Shown here in pieces: positions 27,943 to 44,509 of a DNA stretch of 64,000 nt; positions within the stretch are counted from its first letter, which is position 1; every line of letters begins with the position of its first letter. A model generated the notes under the pieces. The model saw nothing but the letters and a program-made list of their open reading frames with translations. It did not search any database and was not told the origin of the DNA. Source of the stretch: Octopus vulgaris (taxonomy: Eukaryota); assembly GCA_951406725.2 (NCBI GenBank), contig OX597827.1, positions 12,896,001-12,960,000 on the forward strand, in the 5' to 3' direction. The translations under genes were made by a program, and so were the position numbers.

Positions 27943-28644
27943 TGCAGGCAGACACACGCGCACATACACAGCTACCTGGCATATAATCAATACAGTATTC
28001 GTTATTCCCGAACACTTTAACAGACTTTTTAAAAACAGACAACTTTCGGATATCTTCGAAAACAATAGAAAATGTTAAAAATATCTGAAATGCCTTGTTT
28101 ATTTATTATCTATTTATACTGCTTGTCATCTTCTTCGCCACCACCACCACCACCATCACCACCACCACCATCATCATCATCGCCTCCACAACTGCCACCA
28201 CCACCACCACCACTACAATCATCATTATCATCATCATCGTCATCATCATCATCGTCATCATCATCATCATCACCTCCACAACTGCCACCACCACCACCAC
28301 CATCATTATTATCATCATCATCGTCATCATCATCATCATCACCTCCACAACTGCCACCACCACCACCACCACAATCATCATTATCATCATCGTCATCATC
28401 ATCATCATCATCCTCACCACCACTGACACCAACGTCTCTACCAACACTGCCGCCACCATCACTGCCACTGATGCTACCACCACCCATGTCTCTGCTGCCA
28501 CTGCCACCACCACCACTACCACCACCACCACCATTCATCATTGTCATCATCACCATCATCATCATCACCATCTTATCACCAGTAGCCCCAGCAGTGTTGT
28601 TGTTGTTCTTCTACTAATTATCAATATTATTGTTATTATTATTA

Positions 28645-28678
<34 letters not shown>

Positions 28679-28720
28679 CATTATTATTTTATTATTATTA
28701 TCATCATTAATTTTGCTTGC
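26480..28720. repeat. Degenerate (CAT)/(CAC)/(CGT)/(ATT) trinucleotide field with higher-order units
   Basis: Direct inspection; includes three copies of cctccacaactgccaccaccacc at 28180-28370; explains the poly-D/H/S/P/G ORFs. Confidence 0.9.
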
Positions 28721-28894
28721 TATTTATTTACACATTTTAAAACACTTTGTATCATCCTGTCTTGTCATTTCATGTTGTTTTTATGGAAGGCTTTGTGGCC
28801 AATAAAAAAATTAATTATTATTATTATCATCATCATCATCATCCTCATCCTCATCCACCTCCTCCTCTTCATAATCATCACTATAATTATTACT

Positions 28895-31722
<2,828 letters not shown>

Positions 31723-31941
31723 TTACCGATATTAATATTACTTGAAATCACACAGAGAGGGTTGATAAAATAAAGGACAAACCGAATACTAAGATGGATT
31801 TAGTCAACTAACTTTTACCCCCCCCTCTTCAGAACTTCCAGACTCAACACTTAATAAAAACCACTAAAAAAAAAAAAAACAAGCAAAGAAGTCCTTATTA
31901 TTGTTAGTTGCAGTAACAGTAGTCTTTGTTGTAATATTTTA

Positions 31942-32165
31942 TACTCTTTTACTCTTTTACTTGTTTCAGTCATTTGACTGCGGCCATGCTGGAGCACCGC
32001 CTTTTAGTCGAGCAAATCGACCCCGGGACTTATTCTTTTGTAAGCCCAGTACTTATTCTATCGGTCTCTTTTGCCGAACCGCTAAGTGACAGGGGACGTA
32101 AATATACCAGCCAGCATCGGTTGTCAAGCAATGCTAGGGGGACAAACACAGACACACAAACACAT

Positions 32166-32198
<33 letters not shown>

Positions 32199-32365
32199 CA
32201 TATATACGACAGGCTTCTTTCAGTTTCCGTCTACCAAATCCACTCACAAGGCATTGGTCGGCCCGAGGCTATAGCAGAAGACACTTGCCCAAGATGCCAC
32301 GCAGTGGAACTGAACCCGGAACCATGTGGTTGGTTAGCAAGCTACTTACCACACAGCCACTCCTG
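31942..32365 (-). mobile_element. SINE family A, full length
   Basis: Same structure as the other full copies. Confidence 0.93.
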
Positions 32366-32419
32366 TATATATTCATATATTTGTGCATTTGATTGTGTTG
32401 TTGTTGTTGTTGTTGTTGT

Positions 32420-32595
32420 TTGTCTCCAGGTCAACCCAGGTTAAACACAAACCCGTGACCGAAAGACCGAAATTATTTCAGTCACGGTCATCACCTGTAT
32501 TTGTTTATCTAGTGCTACTCTGGCCGATGTGTCTCCAAACAGAAGGGGGTGATTGGGGGGGAATTTGGCTGCTATTTCTAGCAGGTCAAGCAATT
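32420..32595. mobile_element. Old dispersed repeat (family D)
   Basis: atttggctgctatttctagcag motif recurs at about 55614 (atttggctgctattgt) and 61927 (atttggctaccatttctagcag) with similar upstream sequence. Confidence 0.5.
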
Positions 32596-32673
32596 AGTTT
32601 TAAAAACTGTAAAAATCTGTTTACTTTTGTTGTTTTCTACATTAATTTATGTATTCATGAAGCTATACACACG

Positions 32674-32707
<34 letters not shown>

Positions 32708-32786
32708 CACATAGAAATACCATATTTATTCAATTACATATAAGTTATACAACAGATTTTTCAGCTATGATCAGACATAAAAATAA

Positions 32787-33186
32787 TTGTTTCAGTCATT
32801 TGACTGCGGCCATGCTGGAGCACCGCCTTTAGTCGAGCAAATCGACCCCGGGACTTATTCTTTTGTAAGCCCAGTACTTATTTTATCGGTCTCTTTTGCC
32901 GAACCGCTAAGTGACGGGGACGTAAATACACCAGCATCGGTCGTCAAGCAATGCTAGGGTGACAAACACACACACACAAACACACATGCAAACACACACA
33001 CATACACATATATACATATATACGACAGGCTTCTTTCAGTTTCCGTCTACCATAATCCACTCACAAGGCATTGGTCGGCTCGGGGCTATAGCAGAAGACA
33101 CTTGCCCAAGATGCCACGCAGTGGGACTGAACCCGGAACCATGTGGTTGGTTAGCAAGCTACTTACCACACAGCCACTCCTGCGCC
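32787..33186 (-). mobile_element. SINE family A, full length
   Basis: Same structure; head ends ...cagccactcctgcgcc. Confidence 0.93.
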
Positions 33187-33471
33187 TATGGTTTGTTATT
33201 ATAGTTATATCTTTCAAACTTTTTACATGCAAATTATTTCAACAGTTACATAGACTTATAATATTTTTCATGTTCTTTTCTGTTTAATTTTTGTTGTTGT
33301 TTTTACTTTACACCTAAAGTGTTGTTCGGAGCTTTTATTCAGTTGCTACAATAATGTATTTTTCTTTTAATGTTGTTTCCAACTGATAAAAAATTGTTAT
33401 TGTTTTCAGAAAGCTTTAACAGAGAATTTGTGCTGAGTGAGTTGCCTTATTGCATTGTGAGAGCTACGTAC

Positions 33472-33521
33472 AGGATGGGTGTCGTGAAAGTTGTCATCAT
33501 ATCGAGTGAGACCTGCATAGT
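33472..33521 (-). CDS. Candidate small internal exon (50 nt), unknown protein
   Basis: Acceptor cattactcttttcAG and donor CCT|GTACGT; CpG-containing unique sequence in an AT-rich context; can read (x)YAGLTRYDDNFHDTHP or TMQVSLDMMTTFTTPI. Confidence 0.3.
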
Positions 33522-33709
33522 CTGAAAAGAGTAATGTTATATACAACAACATCACATTTTTTTAATTAGTGAAACATGCTGAATTCTGGTATGAGAATTT
33601 AAAGTTTAATTCATGCTGTCTGTAACCATATATAGCAGACAAATTCAAGTTATTCTTTACATTCTCCTTGATCATGTTCTTTCCTAGTTTCACTTTCAGT
33701 TTTCCACTA

Positions 33710-34129
33710 TCTTTCTTTTATCTTTATCTTTTACTTGTTTCAGTCATTTGACTGCGGCCATGCTGGAGCACCGCCTTTAGTCGAGCAAATCGACCCCGGG
33801 ACTTATTCTTTTTGTAAGCCCAGTACTTATACTATCGGTCTCTTTTTGCCGAACCGCTAAGTGACGGGGATGTAAACACACCAGCATCGGTTGTCAAGCA
33901 ATGCTAGGGGGACAAACACAGACACACAAACACACACGCACATATATATAAATATATACATATATACGACAGGCTTCTTTCAGTTTCCGTCTACCAAATC
34001 CACTCACAAGGCATTGGTCGGCCCGGGGCTATAGCAGAAGACACTTGCCCAAGATGCCACGCAGTGGGACTGAACCCGGAACCATGTGGTTGGTTAGCAA
34101 GCTACTTACCACACAGCCACTCCTGCGCC
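33710..34129 (-). mobile_element. SINE family A, full length
   Basis: Same structure. Confidence 0.93.
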
Positions 34130-34884
34130 CACTAGAATAATTTAAATATTATTTTCGCTTTAAACTTTTTCATCTCCCTCTGGACTTTGCTACTATGCCT
34201 CTACTATTCATTCCTAAGAGAAAAAATTAAAACCTATACCTCTATGACAAATATTCAATCATTTACTAGTTTAAATTTTTTACTGATTTTTTTCTTTTTT
34301 TCATTCTTTCGTGGAGTGCAAGAAGAAAAGCTCGACTGAGACTGTAGACTTTATTTTAACAATATTAAAATGTTAAGCCCGAAACAGGCGAAAGTGAAAG
34401 AGAAACTAAGAATAGAAAAGAAAAAAAGAAAACTTTATGTATAACTATTTAAGAATGTAATAAAAATACACCAGAGGAAACAAACAAGTTACATACATAA
34501 CTAGACTAAAAGTGACAAACGTTAATCAAAGTGTACAAGATAGACCGACAAAAGTACTAAAATCTGTGTATATGTATGTGTGTGTGTGTGTGTGTGTTTG
34601 CGTATGTATGTGCATATGTGAATGTCTGTGCATAAGTATGCATATATATAATATGTATATGTTTATGTGTAAATGTGTATGCTACAGAATAAAACATTTA
34701 TGCAGTTGTGTAGTTATCATTAGAACTTGATAGTCAATGAAATCTAGTGATAAATAGCATTTCAGTTTCTCTCCTCATTCTTTTTATAAACAAATTCCCA
34801 TTTCAGTATATATAGATACATACATACATGTATGTATTGCATACATATATGTATGCATACGTTTACAAACACACATACAGATAG

Positions 34885-34895
34885 ATAGGGTGATG

Positions 34896-34961
<66 letters not shown>

Positions 34962-35043
34962 CGGACGGACGGACGGACGGACGGACGGATGGATGGATGG
35001 ATGGATGGATGGATGGATGGATGGATGGATGGATGGATGGATG

Positions 35044-35082
<39 letters not shown>

Positions 35083-35111
35083 GGATGGATGGATGGATGG
35101 ATGAATGGATG

Positions 35112-35158
<47 letters not shown>

Positions 35159-35192
35159 GATAGATAGATAGATAGATAGATGATAGATAGAT

Positions 35193-35224
<32 letters not shown>

Positions 35225-35258
35225 AGATAGATAGATAGATAGATGGATGGATGGATGG

Positions 35259-35306
<48 letters not shown>

Positions 35307-35319
35307 GGATGGATGGATG

Positions 35320-35353
<34 letters not shown>

Positions 35354-35414
35354 CAGATAGATAGATAGATGGAGAGATGGAGAGATAGAGAGATGAATAG
35401 ATAGACAGATAGAC

Positions 35415-35448
<34 letters not shown>
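34885..35448. repeat. Compound (GATA)n/(GGAT)n/(GGAC)n microsatellite
   Basis: Direct inspection. Confidence 0.95.
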
Positions 35449-35631
35449 AAGTATATATATAAACAATATGCATGCATATATATATATACACACACACACA
35501 GATGCACGCACATACACACACAATGCTGAAACAAACCCCAGTACGGTTCGTACCGACACGAGTATTAGAAGATAAACACAGAAAGAACAACTGAAAAGTA
35601 GAGAAGAGAGAAGAGACAGAGCGAAGCTTAC

Positions 35632-35728
35632 TTGTGCTGTTGCATCCATAGAGGTCTGCGATGTTGGATATATATGTCCTAAGGTAGAGTTCTCTTCAAG
35701 CTGCTGCTGCTGCTGCCACGGCTGCCGT

Positions 35729-35760
<32 letters not shown>

Positions 35761-35763
35761 CCG
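35632..35763 (-). CDS. Candidate exon with a (CAG)n tract (132 nt phase 0, poly-Q; or 47 nt starting at 35678)
   Basis: Strong donor CAA|GTAAGC at 35631; acceptor cactacAG (35764-35765) gives RQHQ9RQPWQ5[23 protein letters not shown]; acceptor ctaccttAG (35679-35680) gives [15 protein letters not shown]. Confidence 0.35.
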
Positions 35764-35983
35764 CTGTAGTGTGACAATAACATTAAGATGATAGATATTT
35801 GATGTCTTCAAGTAGATGTTGGCTTGTAATTTTAACTTTCGTTATGTGTCTATGTATCTGGCTGTGTGCATGTGAGTGCGTGCGTGCATGCGTGTGTCAC
35901 TGCATCTGCTTTTGTATATGCATGTGCATGAAAATGTTGCATTAGTGCATGTGCATTAATGTTGTCATATATATGTATATGTG

Positions 35984-36027
<44 letters not shown>

Positions 36028-36254
36028 TACTCACACATATATATCATGTAAATGTTAATTTGTTTATATATGTGTGTATGTGCATATAATTATATACATA
36101 TATATATATATGTAAGTATATATATGTGTGTATATATATATATGTATATGTATATGTATGTATATGTATGTATATGTATATGTATGTATATGTATATGTA
36201 TATGTATGTATATGTATGTATATGTATATGCATATGTATGCATATGTATGTATT

Positions 36255-36289
<35 letters not shown>

Positions 36290-36506
36290 TGTTGTATATG
36301 TGTGGTGCAAATAAGTGTCTGTCGTTAGCATCATGAGAAACTTTCAGATGTGGCACTGCACTTTTAAGTGGACAATAATGAAAATGTACAAGACCATGTA
36401 GAATACACCCACTCACACACACACACACTCACACACACACACTCATGTACACATACATATATGCATACATGTATACAGTATACATGTATAAATATATATA
36501 CTTGTA

Positions 36507-36571
<65 letters not shown>

Positions 36572-36818
36572 GTATATATATATGTATGTATGTATGTATA
36601 TGTATGCATATATGTATAGTGAATTATATGAGCATGTATAATTAACTCTGGCCTGTATCTGTGAGTTGCACCACTACAAACGCAACTGTTTATTGTTAGA
36701 TAAAGTTGTATATGCCTTTGAAGAAATCATTTCCACATACATATATAAGAACCAAAATAGTATGACATTTATTCCAAAGCATGGACATACATTCATGGAT
36801 ACATACATGTAGTAATTT

Positions 36819-36902
<84 letters not shown>

Positions 36903-36931
36903 AATATATGGATACATACATATAGTAATTT

Positions 36932-36966
<35 letters not shown>

Positions 36967-38118
36967 TTCATACGTATAGCATATCAAAGCCATGTTCACT
37001 TATACACCTTTGCGTATATACATTCATGCATGCGTATACATAGGGAGGTACATATGTGGGAATACATGCTTGTACGTAAGAACACAGGTGTATAACTAAC
37101 ATATATAGATGCATACATACAAATATTTATGTATAGATGCATGCTTAAATGCATGATACAAACATGCATGAATATATTCATGCATATATACACACATACA
37201 TACAAAACAATATACGTAAATAATATATGTATGTACTTTTGTTGTATGTGTACACAATTTGCCAAAAGACATTATACACGAATATATAAATACATGCAAA
37301 TATGCATGCATACATACATGTTTATATACATTTTAGATGTATACATGCATGCATACATAAAGGCACACGTACATATGCATACATACATACATGCATGCAT
37401 ACATACATACGTGTATGCATACATACATATGTACATGTATACACATATATACATATATTATGGGTACCCTGTCAGTATCAGAGATGAGCCCTCATTTCTC
37501 AATCAACTTATCATAATACCCAATATATTTACATCTAAGCGGTTGAGTACTTCACAGACAATTGTATCCTTCATGTAATTCTCTGACCAAATCAGTATGA
37601 CACAGTGTATGACTATGTTGACCCCTTGAATCATATGCATAATCCAGTCAACTGACCCCCACAGAAACTCTGTCCACCCAATTGTATTTAGTGCATGATT
37701 TACCCAAAAATATTAAAAAAAAACATTTGTCCAAAATACTGTGTAGTGGGATTGAACCCAGGACTTCATGACTGCTGAGCAAACTTCTTAATCACCTTGC
37801 CATAATCTGCACGATGGATTACGTTTGTGTCCATACAAACATACATAATACATACAAAGCAAGCACCCTAAAATGCAATCAGGACATACCTACACACAAT
37901 CACATATTCATGTATTTATATGTGTGTATTTGTATGTGTGTGTATATGTATGTGTGCGTGTGTGTGCATGTGTATACATACAGAAATATATATGTGTATG
38001 TATGGTAGAGAGATTTATCCGTATCTATATTTATATACCTATATAGTTATATCAATCTACCTGTCTATCTAAATATCTAACTATCTATCATATATATGTG
38101 TGCGTATGTGTGTATGTA

Positions 38119-38172
<54 letters not shown>

Positions 38173-38472
38173 CATATACATACATAGATAAGCATAAATA
38201 TACATATACATATGCATGTGTGTGTCTGCGTACATATATATATATGTAATGTGACATACCACTTCTCACATACCCCCAAAAAAATTTATGCATTTCTACA
38301 ATATATGCATGCACACACACACATCATACACTGAAACATCCATACTCAAATATCTATAGGCTTTTACATTTCATCAAAAGCATGTATTTACATTTATATA
38401 CATATAGAATCACACAGAAACATAGACATTCAAAGATATATTAAGCATGTATTGTGAAACAAGCATATATAC

Positions 38473-38642
<170 letters not shown>

Positions 38643-39025
38643 TTGTGTAAACAAAGAGTCAAACTATCTGAATGCAAACATCACATACAAATACAGATGC
38701 AAATACACAATTAATCAAAACCATGAGTATGCATATGTAAATACATACATACATATATATATACATATATATATATACATATATATCCATACACTTATTC
38801 ATATATTCACACACACATACACACACATGAATACATATAACCATACATTAAAGGACAAACATATATTCATGATGGAGGAGACTGTTAAACAGATAAGTTG
38901 ACACTACATACATAAATACATGAGTGTATATATATATATATATATATATACATGAATGTATATATATATATATACATAAATATATATACATACATACACA
39001 TATACATATATATATATACATATAC

Positions 39026-39068
<43 letters not shown>

Positions 39069-39384
39069 CATACAAACATATATGTGTGCTCAAAAACATT
39101 AAACATTCATGCTCATATTAACACCACCAAACAACAAAGGCCCCCAATCCATTTTCACATTTATTCAAAAACATGAGCATACATCAGCAAAGCACAAGTG
39201 TATATGCATTCATAGATAGTTAAGCATGTATATTGTGATAGCTAATTACCCATAAACATACATGCAAACACACGAAACACAGATATGCATGACACATTAC
39301 CGTTGCCACACTCACCAACCAAGATATATATTTTTTTTTTTTACTCAAAAGCAAACACATATACACAACGCAATTATAAATACA

Positions 39385-39875
39385 ATCACACACATACACA
39401 CTCACACACATACACTCTCACACGCATACACACTCACACACATACACACTCACACACATACACACTCACACACATACACACTCACACACATACACACTCA
39501 CACACATGCACACTCACACACATACACACTCACACACATGCACACTCACACACATGCACACTCACACACATACACTCTCACACACATGCACACTCACACA
39601 CATGCACACTCACACACATGCACACTCACACACATGCACACTCACACACATGCACACTCACACACATACACACTCACACACATGCACACTCACACACATG
39701 CACACTCACATACATGCACACTCACACACATACACATTCACACACATGCACACTCAGACACATACACACTCACACGCATACACACTCACACACATACACA
39801 CTCACACACATACACATTCACACACATACACTCTCACACACATGCACACTCACACGCATACACATTCACACACAC
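39385..39875. repeat. 16-bp CA-derived minisatellite (cacactcacacacatr)
   Basis: Direct inspection. Confidence 0.92.
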
Positions 39876-39961
39876 TCTCGCTGTTGCTTCTCTCTGTTTC
39901 CTATACACATACAATCATATACATATATTGGCACACATTCACACATACATATATATATATA

Positions 39962-40002
<41 letters not shown>

Positions 40003-40304
40003 ATGTGTGTGTGCGCGTGTGTGTGCATAGAGACAGACAGATAGACACATAGACTGACAAATACACGAACAGCAACAAACAGACAGACAGACAGATATCA
40101 TCACTTTTTATATCTGTTTTGCATATTAACGTGAATTGCATGGATTCAAATCAGATGCCCACCTAGATCGATTGCAACATACATATATAAACATTTCATT
40201 TTGGACTTAGTATCTCTTGCAGCTTGGATCCCCTTCTTATCACCAACCACTTCACAGAGTTTACAGAATGTATTTCATCATGCCACCAGTACTAGGAAGA
40301 CTGT

Positions 40305-40656
40305 GATCTTCTTGAGAAGGTGGACTTAATCAGTGTAGAATTGCAGAAAACCTTGGAATCCCACTTTCTACAGTTAATAGAGTGATGGACAATGAAAAAC
40401 CTGGCTGATGACAGTAAAGGCTGATCTGGAACCCAACCTAGGCCCCCCATATCTACGGTGTTCGCTGCTAGAATACAGAGTGGCTGGAGATCACGCGGTC
40501 GTTAGCCTCAAATCGCCAGACCTGGTCGACGTTTGTCAGAGATGCAGCATTGAGGATGAATGAAGCCAGCTCAACCCACCCCTGGGTGAATGCTGGAAGA
40601 AGAAGAAGAAGAAGAAGAAGAAGAAGAAGAAGAAGAAGAAGAAGAAGAAGAAGAAG

Positions 40657-40688
<32 letters not shown>

Positions 40689-41620
40689 GAAGAAGAAGAT
40701 GGTGCAATTCACAAAAGAGGAGGAGGAGGAATCTACATCACCTCGACCGAGTTGACCAGGGCCTTCTGATTGGACCCTTCTCTTTGTTAAGAGAAGTGTG
40801 GAGGATAATCCCCGTTGCAAGGCCTCTGACATAGCAGAATAAAGTTGATGTCAGTCCCAGAACAGTTATCAGGTATCTCCACAGACTTGGTTACTATGGC
40901 AGAGCTGCAAGAAGGAAGCAACATCTTTGGCCAGCCAATATCAAGTGGAGAATAAACTGGGCCTGCGAGATGGTGGAGAGGCCAGCAGCATTTTGGGATA
41001 CTGATGAGTTCAGATTTGCTTCATTTTCTGATAGTGGTCGAGTGTGGGTCTGGAGACTTGCGTGTGGTCTGGAGAACAATTTGGAGCAATGGTCGATCAG
41101 AGTTGGTGGAGTGTGAGGGAAACATAAGACTCAGATAAATATGTGTCCATATTTCCCAAAGGTCTCCTAATCTTCTCCAGTGGTGAGGTGATTAAAGAAA
41201 ACTCTTTATTTTAGAAGATGGGGATCCTTGTCACTCGGCTAAAAAGACTCAAGACTGGTTGGAAGAGAATGGTATTAACAAGCTTCCATGGTCAAGCCAG
41301 TCACCAGAAATGAGCCCTATTGAACACCTCTGAGGAATAATGGACAGGAAACTTCATAAAAAGAACAAGCATTCTCAAAGCCAGATCTTTTGAGATTACC
41401 GCATGAAACTTGGCAAGAAATTCCTCAAGAGAATATTCATCATCTGATCATTAGCATGCCTAATACGGTCCCTGCATTGAAAAATGCAAAGGGTATGTCT
41501 AATACATATTACATATTCACATTATATTAATTAATAAATAATTTGAATGTATAATTTCAGAATAAAAAAAAATTTAACGATCATAAGGGTGTCAATTTAC
41601 TTCTGTCATGTCTATGTATA
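40305..41620 (+). pseudogene. Degraded Tc1-type (DD34E) transposase / DNA transposon, split by an RTE insertion
   Basis: HTH RIAENLGIPLSTVNRV (about 40337-40384); resumes at 40699 with MVQFTKE...VSPRTVIRYLHRLGYYGRAARRK...WDTDEFRF...RVW; second D at 41217 (EDGDPCHSAKKT) and E at 41322 (WSSQSPEMSPIEHL) with 34 residues between; C-terminus ETWQEIPQENIHHLIISMP...KNAKG; multiple stops and frameshifts. Confidence 0.88.
40389..40697 (+). mobile_element. 5'-truncated RTE LINE with (GAA)n tail, inserted in Tc1
   Basis: Encodes KTWLMTVKADLEPNLGPHIYGVRC*NTEWLEITRSLASNRQTWSTFVRDAA, an RTE C-terminus of the type I recall from flatworm RTEs; ~100-bp (GAA)n tail; gatgg on both sides (40384-40388, 40698-40702). 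Confidence 0.82.
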
Positions 41621-42113
41621 CATGTATATTCTTTTATTCATTTACATTTTTATGTCTCTCAGCCAGTTCCTATATTTTTTGTAATCCTGGTACTTATTCT
41701 ATTGGTCTCTTTTACCAAACTGCTAAGTTACAGGGATACAAACACACCAGTTCTGATTGTCAAGCAGTGGGGGACAAATGAGTGTGCATGTGTATATATA
41801 CATCAAATGACTGAAACAAGTAAAAGAGTAAAAGAGTAAAGAGTATATATTTAGTCAAGACTATTGAACAGGTTGCGAGACACAACAAAAATTTTAGGAG
41901 AATAAAAATAAGAAATAAGTGGAAATTTTACCGGTGAGTGTGTTAAATCATAAGGCACAAAAGGAAAATGACTCTCCGGACACAACAGAATATGCTTCAA
42001 CACACAAACTCATATAAAGAATCTTGCAAACCAAATCGAAAAACGAAATATATATATTTATATACACTTATTTACACATATCCAAAGTTAAGGAATGGAG
42101 TAGATAAAATACA

Positions 42114-42197
42114 GACTACATATGTTTCATAGCTAACAGAACCTCGGAAATAGTAATTATCTAAACGAGGGTTAATCTGCTAGATACTCATCAGATC
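42114..42197 (-). ncRNA. Minimal type I hammerhead ribozyme motif (Penelope-like)
   Basis: Minus strand reads gat-CTGATGA-gtatctagcaga..cctcg..cgagg..tctgttagctat-GAAA-catatg-TA-gtc: full core, extended stem II, palindromic stem III, GUA triplet, 3-bp stem I. Confidence 0.75.
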
Positions 42198-42832
42198 AAA
42201 GATACCTTAATCAACATAAGTTAAGATTGTCATCAAGGGATCCTATGTTGACTTGCAGGAGATTTAATTATTTATATATTGGTTAGCAAGTATGTATTTG
42301 TGTGTGTGTGTATGGATGTTTAGTGCACTATATGGATTCATAGAATCCTCACCAATTAATCCAGTACAGAGGAGTTTAATGTAGAGTTCTATTGAGCCGA
42401 AATCCATGAGATCTTATCAATGAAATTATTCCATAAGAAGTATATAGACCATGAAAAATCAGGAAGCATTGGTATAACCATGATGCTCTGGTAATCTGAA
42501 AAGCTAGCCTTTATCTGTATTGATTAGTAATTGTAGATAATTTATTATACACTGGAACTGAAATTATTATTACATGATGAAGGCTGTGAAACAGCTGTAA
42601 TCCTACAGAAATCAATTGGTTAAATAAATATATTTATCCCTCATACCTCCTGACATTTTGTGGTCTATGTGTGTATGTGTGTGTATGTGTGTATATATGT
42701 GTATGTGTCTACATGTGTGAGTATACGTGTGTGTGTGTGTATACGCATGTGTGTGTGTGTATACGTGTGTGCGTGCGTGTATATATATATATTAGTGTGT
42801 GTATGTGAAATGTGTGTGTGTATTTGTGTGTC

Positions 42833-42988
42833 ATTACGTTCTGAGTTCAGCATTCATTCGTCGTGTTGCCTTTGTCATCTTTTCGGGGTCGATAAATAAA
42901 GTACCGGTTTCACACTAGGGTCGATGTTAACTTTGTCTGTCCTTGTTTGTCCCCTCTATGTTTAGCCCCTTGTGGGCAGTAAAGAAAT
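42833..42988 (+). mobile_element. SINE family C, partial
   Basis: tacgttctgagttca...ttttcggggtcgataaataaagtacc...tttgtctgtccttgtttgtcccctctatgtttagccccttgtggg, with the same 3' end as 30812-30930. Confidence 0.85.
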
Positions 42989-43084
42989 ATATATGTGTGT
43001 GTGTGTATATATATATATACGTGTGTGTGTGTATATATATACGTGTGTGTGTGTGTGTATTTCAGTTTCTGATCCCAACATTCA

Positions 43085-43320
43085 TTCGTTGTGTTCCTCT
43101 GTCATCACCTTAGTGAGACATAACCTCCTGAGATAAACTTTCTACAGAAGCAACATTCAATATACTTTATTTGAAGAAAGAATCCTCTTGTTTGTCATCT
43201 GAGGTAACAGCTTCCTGGACTTCTTCCATCTAGTCCTCATTCTGTCTACAGTGCTATCAGAGTATTCTCCTCCAATGCTTATTTGGTCGCCCAAATAACA
43301 GAAGGTTTCAACTTCTAAAT
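43085..43320 (-). mobile_element. RTE RT C-terminal fragment, old
   Basis: [39 protein letters not shown] is homologous to EVVDSFCYLGDQISS...ARIRIAWAKFRELLP at 47790-47910; partly duplicated at 43567-43667. Confidence 0.8.
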
Positions 43321-43474
43321 GTATATGTGTATGTTGTTGGTGGGGCACATGGTTTCAAAGAAAAACGTATGCTTGAAGAGATGGTTGCTTGAAACTCACT
43401 TTTTTTCTACACTTCGATATTTGGGTCTTATAGTTATATTTATATACATACATACATACATACATACATGTACA

Positions 43475-43510
<36 letters not shown>

Positions 43511-43516
43511 TATATG

Positions 43517-43560
<44 letters not shown>

Positions 43561-43800
43561 CGTAGGAATCCTCTTGTTTGTCATCTGAGGTAACAGCTTC
43601 CTGGACTTCTTCCATCTAGTCCTCATTCTGTCTACAGTGCTATCAGAGTATTCTTCTCCAATGCTTATATAAATGTATATGTGTATGTTGTTGGTGGGGC
43701 ACATGGTTTCAAAGGAAAACGTATGCTTGAAACTCACTTTTTTTCTACACTTCGATATTTGGGTCTTATAGTTATATTTATATACATACATACATGTACA

Positions 43801-43836
<36 letters not shown>

Positions 43837-43866
43837 TATATGTATTTATATATATGTATTTATATA

Positions 43867-43901
<35 letters not shown>

Positions 43902-44509
43902 GCATACATACATACATATATATATAAACATGAAAATGGAACAAAAACGCAATAGAGGACATTAAAAAATTTGGACAGATAGACAATACAAAGGCAGACA
44001 AGAGAAACAACAATTAGAAGGACAGGCAAAAACAAGACGGGTCATTCAGGGCTTTCTTTCTTCAGTCAAGTTCCAAAAGTCACAACCATTTCAGGTAGTT
44101 AGACTTGAGATGGTTCGATCTGATTGCTCGCAAAAAAAGTCTTTGTAAGAAAGCTAGTGAATGTGTACGGCAACGAAGACAAAACAACAAACAAGCAAAA
44201 TAATGGAGAACATGGTACACAATTACAAATATAAAAAAAAACAAGAAATAACAACAGGTGTCTTTCGACTGAGAACAAATCAAATTGAACAGGTGTGTAT
44301 GAAGTGAAAGCCTAAAGGCAGGAACATAGGAGATGGACATAAGAGGTGTTATACATATATATATATGTATGTATGTATGTATAGATATATATATATATAG
44401 GTACATATATATGTGTGTGTGTGTGTGTACCACATACATGCACACAACATTTATTAGGAAAACAAGCAAATTCAGTCTCAGTCACTTCTGGCTGTACTGT
44501 TTGGCTATG

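Noticed and set aside
27976-28084. Minus-strand open stretch IFLTFSIVFEDIRK...DYMP between AG and GT
   Set aside because: Weak splice sites and no recognisable protein similarity
26268-28805. His/Asp/Pro/Gly-rich long ORFs suggesting a biomineralisation or structural protein
   Set aside because: Open in several frames on both strands because of CAT/CAC trinucleotide composition; similar fields recur at 53.2-54.2 kb; no signal peptide or convincing exon boundaries
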